DNA of 36,693 nucleotides from Thermococcus sp. JdFR-02. GTDB lineage: Archaea; Methanobacteriota_B; Thermococci; Thermococcales; Thermococcaceae. This document shows, piece by piece, positions 18,241 through 27,356 of the stretch. The stretch lies in the NCBI GenBank assembly GCA_002009975.1, contig MTLP01000038.1, positions 1 through 36,693 on the forward strand. The letters are read 5' to 3'. A program made the translations under genes and the position numbers. How positions within the stretch are numbered: position 1 is the stretch's first letter; each line of letters begins with the position of its first letter. The notes beneath the pieces are model-generated. The model saw nothing but the letters and a program-made list of their open reading frames with translations. It did no database searches and was not told where the DNA came from.

Positions 18241-18747
18241 GTGGTCAGAGTGTATGGTCTGATGGATATCAGGGAGATAGTGAAAGATTATTTTAGACAT
18301 ATGCGTAGTGACCTAAGGACATTCCCTTTGATTATCACTCTTATCGTTGTCCCCCTGGTCCTAGCATCTCTCTTTTATTTCCTAATGTATCCGAGCGCAA
18401 ATAAATTCTATAGCCATATAATAACAGTGTCCAGTATTTTGATTCCATTATTGCTTAACCTTTTGATGATAGTGTATTATAGTCTAGAGAAAACCAAAGA
18501 AACTGAGAAAGACAAAATAGGATTCCTAGAACATATAAATTCCACAATCTCTATGACAATATTAGTGTCTGTATTTGTATTATTTTTAGCTATAATTTTT
18601 GCTGGAAGAGAGAATACTCCTCTTTGGGCTAGATGTGCATTATTCTATCTCATTGGATTTCTTATAATCAACGTGATTATCACCCTAGTGAGGATATACA
18701 GACTTATAAGATATGAAATTTATGATGTCAAAAAATATTCAGGTTGA
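18241..18747 (+). CDS. 4-TM membrane protein, second of two-gene cassette
   Basis: Four hydrophobic helices; start may be 18250 or 18262. Confidence 0.8.
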   Translation: MVRVYGLMDIREIVKDYFRHMRSDLRTFPLIITLIVVPLVLASLFYFLMYPSANKFYSHIITVSSILIPLLLNLLMIVYYSLEKTKETEKDKIGFLEHINSTISMTILVSVFVLFLAIIFAGRENTPLWARCALFYLIGFLIINVIITLVRIYRLIRYEIYDVKKYSG

Positions 18748-18960
18748 TTATAATAATATTCCAAAGAGAGAAACAAGAATGAAGAAGAAGGTCGAACTAA
18801 CAGAGAAGTATGATATTAGAAGTATTATGCCGAGCTATAAGAACTCTCATTTCACAAGAAATTTTTGATTAAGTATAAAAATTTAGCACGACATAAACTT
18901 GTTATCAAATCAGAGGGGAGCAAATGACAGAGAAAGATAAAAATTAACTTTTATTATCTC

Positions 18961-19803
18961 ATGGTGAGAAATATGGAAACAATGTCAACATTGGAACAGT
19001 TATTGTACACAACTGTAAGAGTTAGGGCAATAATAGAAGAGGATGTTGAAAATATTGGAACTTCATTTATTTTTAATTACAATGTTGAAGACAAGAATTA
19101 TTTGTTTCTCGTAACTAATAAACATGTAGTCTCAAATGCCAGAGTTGGAGTTCTGACTTTTATAAAAGGAGAAGATGGAAAACCCAAACTTGGAGAAGCC
19201 CACTCAGTAACTATTACAAATTTTAATGAGTTTTGGATATTTGATAGAGAATACGATGTTGCAATAGCACCTCTTGCACCTGTAATAAATTACTTGCAGG
19301 AAAACAAAACTATGATATTCCTTAAAGCAATACCACGAACATTTGTTCCAGATAAAACCCAATTAAAGTCTCTTGATGCAATTGAAGAGGTTGTATTTGT
19401 TGGATATCCTGGTGGATTTTATGATGAAAGACATTTCTTACCAATAACCCGAAAAGGGATAACCGCTACACCTCCTTACATCGATTTTAATGGACAGAAA
19501 GCGTTTTTAATAGATGCCTCTGTTTTTCCAGGGTCTAGTGGAAGTCCTGTGTTTTTGTATAACCGTGGAGGATATTTTGATAAAACTAAGAAATCATTTA
19601 TTATCGGTGCAGAGAGGCTCTTGTTTTTAGGAATTCTTTCCGCAGTGTATTATATTCCAGATACTGGAGAAATTATATACGCTCCTCTCTTAAAAAAGCC
19701 AAGGGTGCAAGTACGGCAATTACTGGATCTTGGAATAGTATATAAGGCTGAGATAATAGTCAGACTAATTGAGGAGTTTTTAAAAAAGCGTGGTGAAATT
19801 TAA
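18961..19803 (+). CDS. Cytoplasmic trypsin-like serine protease
   Basis: Catalytic triad motifs VTNKHVV (H), YDVAIA (D), FPGSSGSPV (S); no signal peptide or PDZ domain. Confidence 0.88.
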   Translation: MVRNMETMSTLEQLLYTTVRVRAIIEEDVENIGTSFIFNYNVEDKNYLFLVTNKHVVSNARVGVLTFIKGEDGKPKLGEAHSVTITNFNEFWIFDREYDVAIAPLAPVINYLQENKTMIFLKAIPRTFVPDKTQLKSLDAIEEVVFVGYPGGFYDERHFLPITRKGITATPPYIDFNGQKAFLIDASVFPGSSGSPVFLYNRGGYFDKTKKSFIIGAERLLFLGILSAVYYIPDTGEIIYAPLLKKPRVQVRQLLDLGIVYKAEIIVRLIEEFLKKRGEI

Positions 19804-19975
19804 GTTATCATAACCAAACTGATGACAGAACTACTAACAACAAGGATTTATGAAAATATTTAAAATTAGTAAATTTGGATAATCAAATTACTATTATAAA
19901 GAGAAATAATTGTGGCAAAAATTTAAAAGCAGTTAAGAATACTATCTAACAGAGAAAAAAGAAGAGGGAACAAGA

Positions 19976-20698
19976 ATGACAACAGAAAGTATGATAACTT
20001 CAACTTATTCTCTTTATGATCTTTTGTCAGATAAATACTCTGATGAGCTATTTGTAGGTATATTAGACTCTATAAAACCGACTTTTTCTGCACTTCCGTA
20101 CATAAAAAGAAAACACCAATCATACAAATTCAGGGCACTAATGAGGATAAAACAAATCTTAGCAGAAAAACAAGAAAAAATCCTTCCAAAACTTTTAGAG
20201 GTTTTGCCTGTGGAGGCAAGAAAAGAGGCATATCTCCAAGCCAAGTATAACATTCTTAAAATCCTAAATGAGGAACTAAAAGATGTAATGGAAGAGCTCG
20301 ATGAGCTCATGAATATAATCAATAAACATGAACTAGAGCGTTCATTAAGAATAGACATTAAAAAACAAATAAGCATCTTAGAATTAATAAGAGACAATAT
20401 TTCTGAAGAAATACTAACGAAAGAGCTCGATGATGAAACCATCGACGCATATTTAACTATAGATCAAGCAATTTCATTGTTAATACACCTATACATGAAA
20501 ATCCTAGAAAAAGGAGTAGAATCCTTAGATTTGTCCCTCTATACTCTAATCCTGAACCTAAGACTCATGGCTATACTTCACAAGAAAGATAAAAAACACT
20601 TAGAACTGCTCAAAGAGGATATAATAGAGATAGCGCCAGAACTAACTCCAAAATCAAGTCCTGAAGAAATTGCTAAGTTATTACAAATGGTGTACTAG
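19976..20698 (+). CDS. Alpha-helical protein, probable partner/antitoxin of downstream PIN nuclease
   Basis: 240 aa helical, L/E/K/I-rich; stop is 1 nt before the PIN gene start. Confidence 0.7.
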   Translation: MTTESMITSTYSLYDLLSDKYSDELFVGILDSIKPTFSALPYIKRKHQSYKFRALMRIKQILAEKQEKILPKLLEVLPVEARKEAYLQAKYNILKILNEELKDVMEELDELMNIINKHELERSLRIDIKKQISILELIRDNISEEILTKELDDETIDAYLTIDQAISLLIHLYMKILEKGVESLDLSLYTLILNLRLMAILHKKDKKHLELLKEDIIEIAPELTPKSSPEEIAKLLQMVY

Positions 20699-20699
20699 G

Positions 20700-21398
20700 A
20701 TGCTCAATTTTGTTGATACGAATGTAGTAGTAGCACTACTCTTAGAAACTGATCCCCATCATAAAGACAGTGTTGGGTTTTTTAAAGAAATTAAAATCGA
20801 TATTCCAGAATCCACATACAGAGAAATTAGAAGAACGTTTATGACTAAATATAACACGGCATTACGAGTCCTACTGAAAGCTATAAGCAAAGCTAAAAAA
20901 GAAAACCCTTCAACTGAGGATGAGATGATAGCTCTTGTTGAAAAATTTACCTTAGAGATTGGTGCAAAGGTTGATCCATACTTAATGAATTTTTATGAAT
21001 ATCTGCTTAAGAAAGCAAAAGAACAGAACTTGCTACACTCAAAAAACATTATCAACATAACGAGATACTTCGATGATCATTTAGTAGAACTTTTATCAAA
21101 AATACAAGGATTTGGAAAACCAAACATAATTAAATTAAGCGAAGAAGATTTAGAACTTTCTAAAGAAATTTATCAGCTTGTTGGAGATAAATTTAAAGAT
21201 TTCAACGATGCAGAAATATTCTGTCAAGTAGTCTCAATCCTTATTAAAAGAAAAGAAGAAGGAAAGCTCTACACTTTTGACCAAAATTTTGCAAAAGCCG
21301 GAAGTGAAGCCATCAAAATCCTAAATCGAAAGGGATATGATGTAAATTTAGATGTAATATACTTCCCTTCTATTCTCTCTCAAAAATATCAAAGTTAG
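20700..21398 (+). CDS. PIN-domain (VapC-like) ribonuclease with large helical insertion
   Basis: FVDTNVVVA, E in YREI, DFNDAEI, LYTFDQNF. Confidence 0.85.
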   Translation: MLNFVDTNVVVALLLETDPHHKDSVGFFKEIKIDIPESTYREIRRTFMTKYNTALRVLLKAISKAKKENPSTEDEMIALVEKFTLEIGAKVDPYLMNFYEYLLKKAKEQNLLHSKNIINITRYFDDHLVELLSKIQGFGKPNIIKLSEEDLELSKEIYQLVGDKFKDFNDAEIFCQVVSILIKRKEEGKLYTFDQNFAKAGSEAIKILNRKGYDVNLDVIYFPSILSQKYQS

Positions 21399-21427
21399 GA
21401 GAAACGTTCCCTTTCATATTTGGCTTC

Positions 21428-21685
21428 CTATTTCTTCAATTCTCCAAGAATTGTTGAGAGTAATGCACCTATTAACTCTCCAATAGCTACTCCAATAAGA
21501 TATTTTATCAATAGCTCAATAGCGGAATTCACGGCCCATTCTGAATTAAATATCCCTCCTAAATATGCTAAAAGAATTCCAGACATCAACATTATTGCAC
21601 TTATTTTTTGTTGAGCTTCTTCTACTTTATTCATCGCATCTAAAAAACCCACAACAAATCCAACAAATCCTGGAAACGAGCTCAT
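21428..21685 (-). CDS. Small membrane protein
   Basis: RBS GAGGGG before ATG 21685; 2-3 hydrophobic segments. Confidence 0.65.
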   Translation of the reverse strand: MSSFPGFVGFVVGFLDAMNKVEEAQQKISAIMLMSGILLAYLGGIFNSEWAVNSAIELLIKYLIGVAIGELIGALLSTILGELKK

Positions 21686-21695
21686 ATTATCCCCT

Positions 21696-22031
21696 CTATT
21701 TCTCCCAATGCTCAAGCAATTGGTCATAGAGGGGCTTCATAACCTTAAATGGCCCTTCTAAGCTTAGAGTTGTCTTCCCATAAAGCTCAATAATACCCTT
21801 TTTCTTCAAAAGTCCCTTTTCCTTAAACTTAATTCCTTGAAGATCCTCTAACTTCCAAGAAACCAAGTCAATCCTCCTCAAAAGCCCTCTCTTGTTAAAC
21901 AAAATAAAACGCTTATTCGTCAAAACAACCTTCCAACGCTTACCTGCATAATCAATGAACCTATCGCTAACAAAACGAACCTCCTCACCAGGCATAAGAT
22001 AATCATACAGCTCAGCCACTGTCATCACCAC
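21696..22031 (-). CDS. Prokaryotic PH-domain protein (bPH/YokE-like)
   Basis: LMPGEEV...VVLTNKRFILF.KRGLL...LEDLQGIKFKEKGLL. Confidence 0.8.
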   Translation of the reverse strand: MVMTVAELYDYLMPGEEVRFVSDRFIDYAGKRWKVVLTNKRFILFNKRGLLRRIDLVSWKLEDLQGIKFKEKGLLKKKGIIELYGKTTLSLEGPFKVMKPLYDQLLEHWEK

Positions 22032-22135
22032 TTAAGATATGAATTTGTTATATAAATAAATTTGCATAACTATTATTCAGAATAGGCGATAAAGTTTTAT
22101 TCACAAGAATAAATTTCAGCTCTGGTGATGAAATC

Positions 22136-22354
22136 ATGAAGTTGTTTAAGGTTCATGTGTCGAATTATGATGAAGAGGAGGACAGCAAAGCATTTGCAAC
22201 ATTTATAGTGCTGGCAAGAGATGAAGGAAAGGCCGAGCTATTAGTCAAAGAATACATCAAAAAAGAAGAGTTGCTAAAAGGAGATTTGGAGATATTAGAC
22301 GTTGAAGAAGTGCCGATAGATGAGGAGCAAGTACTAGGAATCATTCTTGATTAA
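22136..22354 (+). CDS. Small acidic hypothetical protein
   Basis: RBS GGTGA; upstream AAAGTTTTAT TATA-like box. Confidence 0.75.
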   Translation: MKLFKVHVSNYDEEEDSKAFATFIVLARDEGKAELLVKEYIKKEELLKGDLEILDVEEVPIDEEQVLGIILD

Positions 22355-22381
22355 GAAGCTTTATATAATTAATGATTTGCC

Positions 22382-22848
22382 CTAGTCTTCTTCTAAAGCT
22401 TTTAAAACTTTTTCGATATTTTCGTTAAGTTTTTCCAACTCACTAATAGCGCTGTCTACTCCCTCAAAGATTGTTAGTCCAAAAGCCATAGCATTAAACC
22501 AGGCATTGTATAGTACCAACTCAGTGTATACTATATCAAGAAGCCCATTTGTTTTTGAGGATAACTCAAAGAATAGAGTAGATCTTCTATTAACATTACT
22601 TCATAAACTCTAACAAGAAATGGTGAAACAAGAACGGCTTCTTTAGCCTTACCGATTTTTACGCGATACAAATGGAGGATATTCTCTCCTATTCGTCTTT
22701 GATTTAGTTGGAGTTCATTTTTTAGAGCATTAATCAGTTTCTTTTGAGTCTCTCTCTTTGAATGCCATACTTGAAGATATATTCCAATTAAGGCAGAAAT
22801 AGCACCAGCTAATAATGTAAGGAAAAAGGTAAGTAAAATACTAATCAT
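22382..22848 (-). pseudogene. Frameshifted N-terminal-TM helical protein
   Basis: The ORF track frame stops at 22531, but a shifted frame from about 22580 continues LFFELSSKTNGLLDIVYTELVLYNAWF...EKVLKALEED* to 22382. RBS GGAGGGAG. Confidence 0.6.
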
Positions 22849-22910
22849 GAACTCTCCCTCCTAAGGACTTTCTCTATTTTTAGACCTTTTACAGAGTCAC
22901 TGAATGACTT

Positions 22911-24182
22911 TTAAGGAGACATTGTTCGAATTGTCTCTATCCATCTTTCTAGATGTCCTACATATCTTTTTGCAATTGTTTTACTTTTTTCTGAGGCTTT
23001 TATTATATCGACAACTTTTTCTAATATTTTAAGCTCTTCTTGAATATCCACTTTACATTCCCTGTTTCTTTCTTTTAAAAACTCCAACTTTAGTTGATCT
23101 TTTAGCTCATTAATTTTATTCCCTAGTTCTTTGTATCTTTTTTTATCATCATCTGATAATTGAGAGATTCTAAACCCATTGGGAGTCATTCCCTTTTTTC
23201 TAAGCTCTGAATACTCCTTGTCAAGTTGGAATAATGCTCTTATAATATCTAAAACATCTTTTGTTTTGTTGTATCCTAACTGTGCTCCATATTTTACTAG
23301 GATAGGTACTGCAGCTTCTATGGTAAACTCTCGTTTCAAAAAGGGAATATATATTTTGATATATTCCCTACTCACCCAACTTCGGGAGTATCTAACATCC
23401 CCTCCAGACACTCCATGAGATATTCCATATGGTTGAAGAAGTATATCAAAGAAATTTGCATACATTAAAATCACTTTCTCTTTATATTTCTTAATTAGAC
23501 TTACAAATTCATAGTATGCTTGAAGATACTCTTCTGAAATAGATTTTTTATCGAAATCTGTTATCCACAAGCCGAGTATATTTCCAGGAAACTCTTTAAT
23601 ATATTCACTTACTTTCATTTCATCAAGTTGTAAGAGAACATCTTCTTCCAAAATACTTAAAATAGGGAAAATTTCTTTATTGCCAGCAAGTTTACTAGTA
23701 TATTTTGCCAGTTGTATATTGGTTTCCATCCACGGATCATCAAACTCTTCAATAGGGAAATAAGGGGGGATAATCCATCTTGGTTGGAGATTATTATCTT
23801 TTGAGAAATATTGGAGTATCAATGTCTGCTTTGACGGAAGGAAAATAGTATTTTGAAAGGTTATTACATTCCGTACAAATACTTTAGCAAAATCCTCAGT
23901 AAACGTTTCTGGATATATATCCTCTTCTGCAGGTAGACCATATCTTTCTTTTAATTGTTGTATAGATATTCTCTCTTCCTCTTCATTAAACTCTTGGCGA
24001 AATCTATATGTGGAGGGATCAATAGCAAAGGGTTTTTTTATTTTTGTTAAAAATTGAGATAAACTCTTAAACTTCAATAATGCTGTTGAAGCTTCTATCA
24101 ATATACCAGAATAATATTCTTTTCCTTGAATTAGTGCATTTTTATCTTTATCATTATACTTAATTAGAGTTATATCAACCAT
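22911..24182 (-). CDS. Hypothetical protein, probable TIM-barrel (TGT/beta-protein/sce7725-like)
   Basis: Alternating beta/alpha with motifs FAIDPSTYRF, IIPPYF, LGLWITDF, ISHGVSGG, IYIPFL, GHL; overlaps upstream nuclease gene. Fold is inferred. Confidence 0.6.
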   Translation of the reverse strand: MVDITLIKYNDKDKNALIQGKEYYSGILIEASTALLKFKSLSQFLTKIKKPFAIDPSTYRFRQEFNEEEERISIQQLKERYGLPAEEDIYPETFTEDFAKVFVRNVITFQNTIFLPSKQTLILQYFSKDNNLQPRWIIPPYFPIEEFDDPWMETNIQLAKYTSKLAGNKEIFPILSILEEDVLLQLDEMKVSEYIKEFPGNILGLWITDFDKKSISEEYLQAYYEFVSLIKKYKEKVILMYANFFDILLQPYGISHGVSGGDVRYSRSWVSREYIKIYIPFLKREFTIEAAVPILVKYGAQLGYNKTKDVLDIIRALFQLDKEYSELRKKGMTPNGFRISQLSDDDKKRYKELGNKINELKDQLKLEFLKERNRECKVDIQEELKILEKVVDIIKASEKSKTIAKRYVGHLERWIETIRTMSP

Positions 24183-24532
24183 GAAACATCACCAGGTTTT
24201 AATACTATTTCGGCATGTTTCTTATTGACTGCAATAAGACCCACTCCATAGTATTCAAAAATTGTGAAATCTAACTTGTTTACGATATCTTGTGGAAGAG
24301 CAACATAAGATTCGTCAAAAAAATACGAATTTAGATATGCTTGAAATAATGCTTTTTCCCAATCTCGCATTTTGACTTCAACTGCTGCTTTTTTTGTATC
24401 ATTTATAAAAAGCAAATCTACTCTCTTTCCAGTTTTTAGTGTCCTAAAGATAGGAGCTTCTTTTTCCACATTATGATACCCCAATTCTAAGAACAAATTG
24501 ATAATTGGCCTGTATAATCGCTTCTCTCTCAT
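24170..24532 (-). CDS. Small PD-(D/E)XK nuclease-fold protein (MmcB/sce7726-like)
   Basis: MREKRL...RVDLL...AVEVK.RDWEKALFQAY...FDESYVALP...GVGLI. Confidence 0.8.
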   Translation of the reverse strand: MREKRLYRPIINLFLELGYHNVEKEAPIFRTLKTGKRVDLLFINDTKKAAVEVKMRDWEKALFQAYLNSYFFDESYVALPQDIVNKLDFTIFEYYGVGLIAVNKKHAEIVLKPGDVSWLI

Positions 24533-24554
24533 GATATATAATTGTTGCAGAAAT

Positions 24555-24574
24555 TTTATAAATATTTTTATAAA
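24555..24574. promoter_or_regulatory. Back-to-back TATA boxes of divergent promoters
   Basis: TTTATAAA at 24555-24562 and 24567-24574 in the 76-bp gap between divergent genes. Confidence 0.6.
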
Positions 24575-24608
24575 TCCACCTCAATAGAAAAAAATTGAGG
24601 GGAAAAAG

Positions 24609-25172
24609 ATGAGAATAGGAAACCTCGAATTAATGATTTTATTGTTATATAGTAGCAAGGACAATAAGATAACTGGTCGGTTACGGTTAGCTAAATTATT
24701 ATTCATAGCTAGCAGAGAAATTTCTTCTCCTAATATAGAGATTGAATCTTCAGAGTTTATTCCCTATAAACAAGGTCCATATCCCTTAGATTTTAATGAT
24801 ATTATTGAGGTAGCCCAAGATAATAGATTACTCGAAGTAGAGGGCAATCAGTTTACCTTAACACCAGAAGGAATTAAGATTGTTGAAGAATTGTTCCTAT
24901 CCAATGAAGAAGGTAGGGAGCTAGTTAACCAAGTGAAACAGATAGTGGAGAGATTTAAAGAGGCCTCAGATGATGCAATTCTTGCATATGTTTATCTAAA
25001 ATATCCTGGATTTGCTACAAAATCTGAAATAAAGAGACTGGTATTCCTAAGAATTAGAGAAGGACTACAGTCATTTATTAGAATGGCAAGAATGGTGGGT
25101 ATAACTGAAGAAGAAATCAATCAATCGCTTGAAAATGCCAGAATGCGTACTCTACAAAAATTATATGGGTGA
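24609..25172 (+). CDS. Panacea/SocA-like (DUF4065) wHTH antitoxin
   Basis: ITGRLRLAKLLF...FIPYKQGPY...LTPEG...YVYLKYP. Confidence 0.72.
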   Translation: MRIGNLELMILLLYSSKDNKITGRLRLAKLLFIASREISSPNIEIESSEFIPYKQGPYPLDFNDIIEVAQDNRLLEVEGNQFTLTPEGIKIVEELFLSNEEGRELVNQVKQIVERFKEASDDAILAYVYLKYPGFATKSEIKRLVFLRIREGLQSFIRMARMVGITEEEINQSLENARMRTLQKLYG

Positions 25173-25178
25173 GTATAC

Positions 25179-25670
25179 TTGACCCTCAGAATATTAATAG
25201 ACACAAATGTAATAATATCGGCCTTATTTTTTAATAGGAAGCCTCTAGAACTTCTTGAAAAATGCATCCAGAGTAAATTGGGGATATATCCAATTAAAAT
25301 AGAATATATAATTCCCCAATATGTTCGAGATGAAGTACATGAGGTTATATCTGAGAAATTTCAGGGGAATTATACAAATGAAAAAAGAATATTACTAGCT
25401 AGCATTTTTGAAAGTGCGGAAAATATAACCTATGAGGAACTTAAAGAACATCTCTCTGAAGCTATAGAAATGGTTGGGTCTATTGATGAAAAGGATGTTC
25501 CCGTAGTCGCAGCAGTATTAGCTTCAAAACCTGATTACCTAATAACAGGCAACAAGAAACACTTCTCAAAACTAGAAGATGGAAACAATATAAAAATAGC
25601 ATCTCCTACTGAATTTTTAGATGAGGTTGAAGAAATATCCAAAAGGTTTGAAATGGATATTTACATTTAG
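25179..25670 (+). CDS. PIN-domain toxin (PIN_3/TIGR00305-like)
   Basis: ILIDTNVIISALF...E..EV...DEKDVPVVAA...DYLITGNKKHF...SPTEFL. Confidence 0.88.
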   Translation: MTLRILIDTNVIISALFFNRKPLELLEKCIQSKLGIYPIKIEYIIPQYVRDEVHEVISEKFQGNYTNEKRILLASIFESAENITYEELKEHLSEAIEMVGSIDEKDVPVVAAVLASKPDYLITGNKKHFSKLEDGNNIKIASPTEFLDEVEEISKRFEMDIYI

Positions 25671-25833
25671 CTTGATATTAAACACAAGATTCTTATCGCT
25701 TTTAAGCATTATTAACAATCAACCTCACTAAGCGACAAAAAGTAACTATCTTATACATATTTTTGTATAACTTATCTCGCAACCCATCAATATAAAAACT
25801 AGTAATAAATTAGTTCCCTAGGTCGGTGTGGCA

Positions 25834-25955
25834 ATGAATGAAGGAGAAAATACTTCTAATGAGACCAAAGATTTTGAGAGTATCATTTGCGAAAGAATAA
25901 AAGAAAATGAAGAATTCTTGAATAAAAATGCAAAAGATGTTTACGAAGAAGTAAT
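25834..25955 (+). pseudogene. 5' remnant of a gene truncated by the convergent HEPN gene
   Basis: GGTCGGTG upstream; MNEGENTSNETKDFESIICERIKENEEFLNKNAKDVYEEVI is protein-like, then the frame runs into the antisense of the HEPN gene. Confidence 0.45.
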
Positions 25956-27257
25956 CAAACCTCCTCCTATTAATTGTTGTAATTTTTCATTTGCTCTGTT
26001 CTCTAACATTGAATTGTCAATTAAACTTATAAAGTCCTCTTTTTCTTTAGGAATTTGTAAGAATACTATGATGGATTTTCTAAGATATTCAACAATCTTA
26101 TCCAGTATCTCCTTTGCCTTACGTGGTTCTTCAATACATGAAGGAGACCCATGAACAAAACTACTTCTTATTTCGTAACCATCTTTGATAATGTTATAAA
26201 CTTTTATCGGCTGTTTATCAAAAAACTTCATGACCTTGGCAACTCTTTGTGCAAGTCTATGAGACAGCTCTTGTCTTTCTTCAGCCTTTAAATATAATGC
26301 CTCAAGTCCCATTATAGCATAAGCAATTTTGTTTTCTATAGTCTCTGGTTTAGAAATAGCATCTTGATATCTCAATATCGCAATTCCTATTGGATGTGAT
26401 GACAATGGTCTTCCAGTTTTCTCTTCAACTGGCAACTTGTCTTTTATCTCTTTCACAAAATTTGGGAGAGATTCTTTGTCATCCTCGGTAAGAGAGTACT
26501 TGTATGTGATAGTCCAATGAGGTGGATAAGAAACACTACTACGTCCTAAAATTGAGTTAGGTTCCCATTTAATCTGTTTTACTCCTACTGATCCTAGTTT
26601 ATATAGGCGAAGAGACAGCAGTATCTTTTCAAGTTCTGGATAAATAGGAGGTTTAAACTTTATTCGTTTATGTATTTCAAGAATTGCGGAGGGAGTTACA
26701 AATAATCTAGATACAATCGATAGTGGAGAGACTTCGTATTCTATATCTTTTGGTCTAGGTCTTCTTATGAGTATACCTTTCTCTAGTTCTATCTGATCTG
26801 TTCCCATATGTACTCCACTTAGCCATACTGTAATATTCCATTCAACAGGATTACCCTCTAACTCATTTACAAAAGTAACAATTAAGCTAGTGATTGCCTT
26901 AGAATCCAAGTTATCAGTTAAAAATTCATATACTATTTTGTAAACAAACTGAAAAAGCCAAGATTCTGCTTGATCCTCACTAACTCCATATATCTCTGAT
27001 ATTGCTGTTACACACTTCCTAAATTGAGGAGCATTTTTTAATGAATCAACTAATTTATAAATATCCCAAGAATCCCATTCTTCCTTTGTAACAACTTTAT
27101 GAGACCATGAGAATCTCTTTTTTTCATATTCAAACTCTTTGACCTCATATCTTATATAGTCTCTTTTTTCCTTTCGAATTTTTTCTTCTTTTTTCCAAGT
27201 ATCACATGTGCTAGTGACTAGATCTACTAGGTCCTGAAGGAAGATTGCTAACTTCAC
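25941..27257 (-). CDS. ApeA-like HEPN ribonuclease
   Basis: C-terminal HEPN: MGLEALY...ELSHRLAQR...YEIRSSFVHG (Rx4H). RBS GAGGAGGG before GTG. Confidence 0.85.
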   Translation of the reverse strand: MKLAIFLQDLVDLVTSTCDTWKKEEKIRKEKRDYIRYEVKEFEYEKKRFSWSHKVVTKEEWDSWDIYKLVDSLKNAPQFRKCVTAISEIYGVSEDQAESWLFQFVYKIVYEFLTDNLDSKAITSLIVTFVNELEGNPVEWNITVWLSGVHMGTDQIELEKGILIRRPRPKDIEYEVSPLSIVSRLFVTPSAILEIHKRIKFKPPIYPELEKILLSLRLYKLGSVGVKQIKWEPNSILGRSSVSYPPHWTITYKYSLTEDDKESLPNFVKEIKDKLPVEEKTGRPLSSHPIGIAILRYQDAISKPETIENKIAYAIMGLEALYLKAEERQELSHRLAQRVAKVMKFFDKQPIKVYNIIKDGYEIRSSFVHGSPSCIEEPRKAKEILDKIVEYLRKSIIVFLQIPKEKEDFISLIDNSMLENRANEKLQQLIGGGLITSS

Positions 27258-27356
27258 ATATTTCCCTCCTCAACTCATTAATCACCTTCTTTCAATCTCA
27301 AATTTCTCAAACTTGCAGCTCATAGATGGTTCTTAATAACTATACGACTCAAGTAT

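Noticed and set aside
25828-26154. Intact 108-aa gene
   Set aside because: Beyond about codon 43 it is the antisense of the HEPN gene; treated as a truncated remnant.
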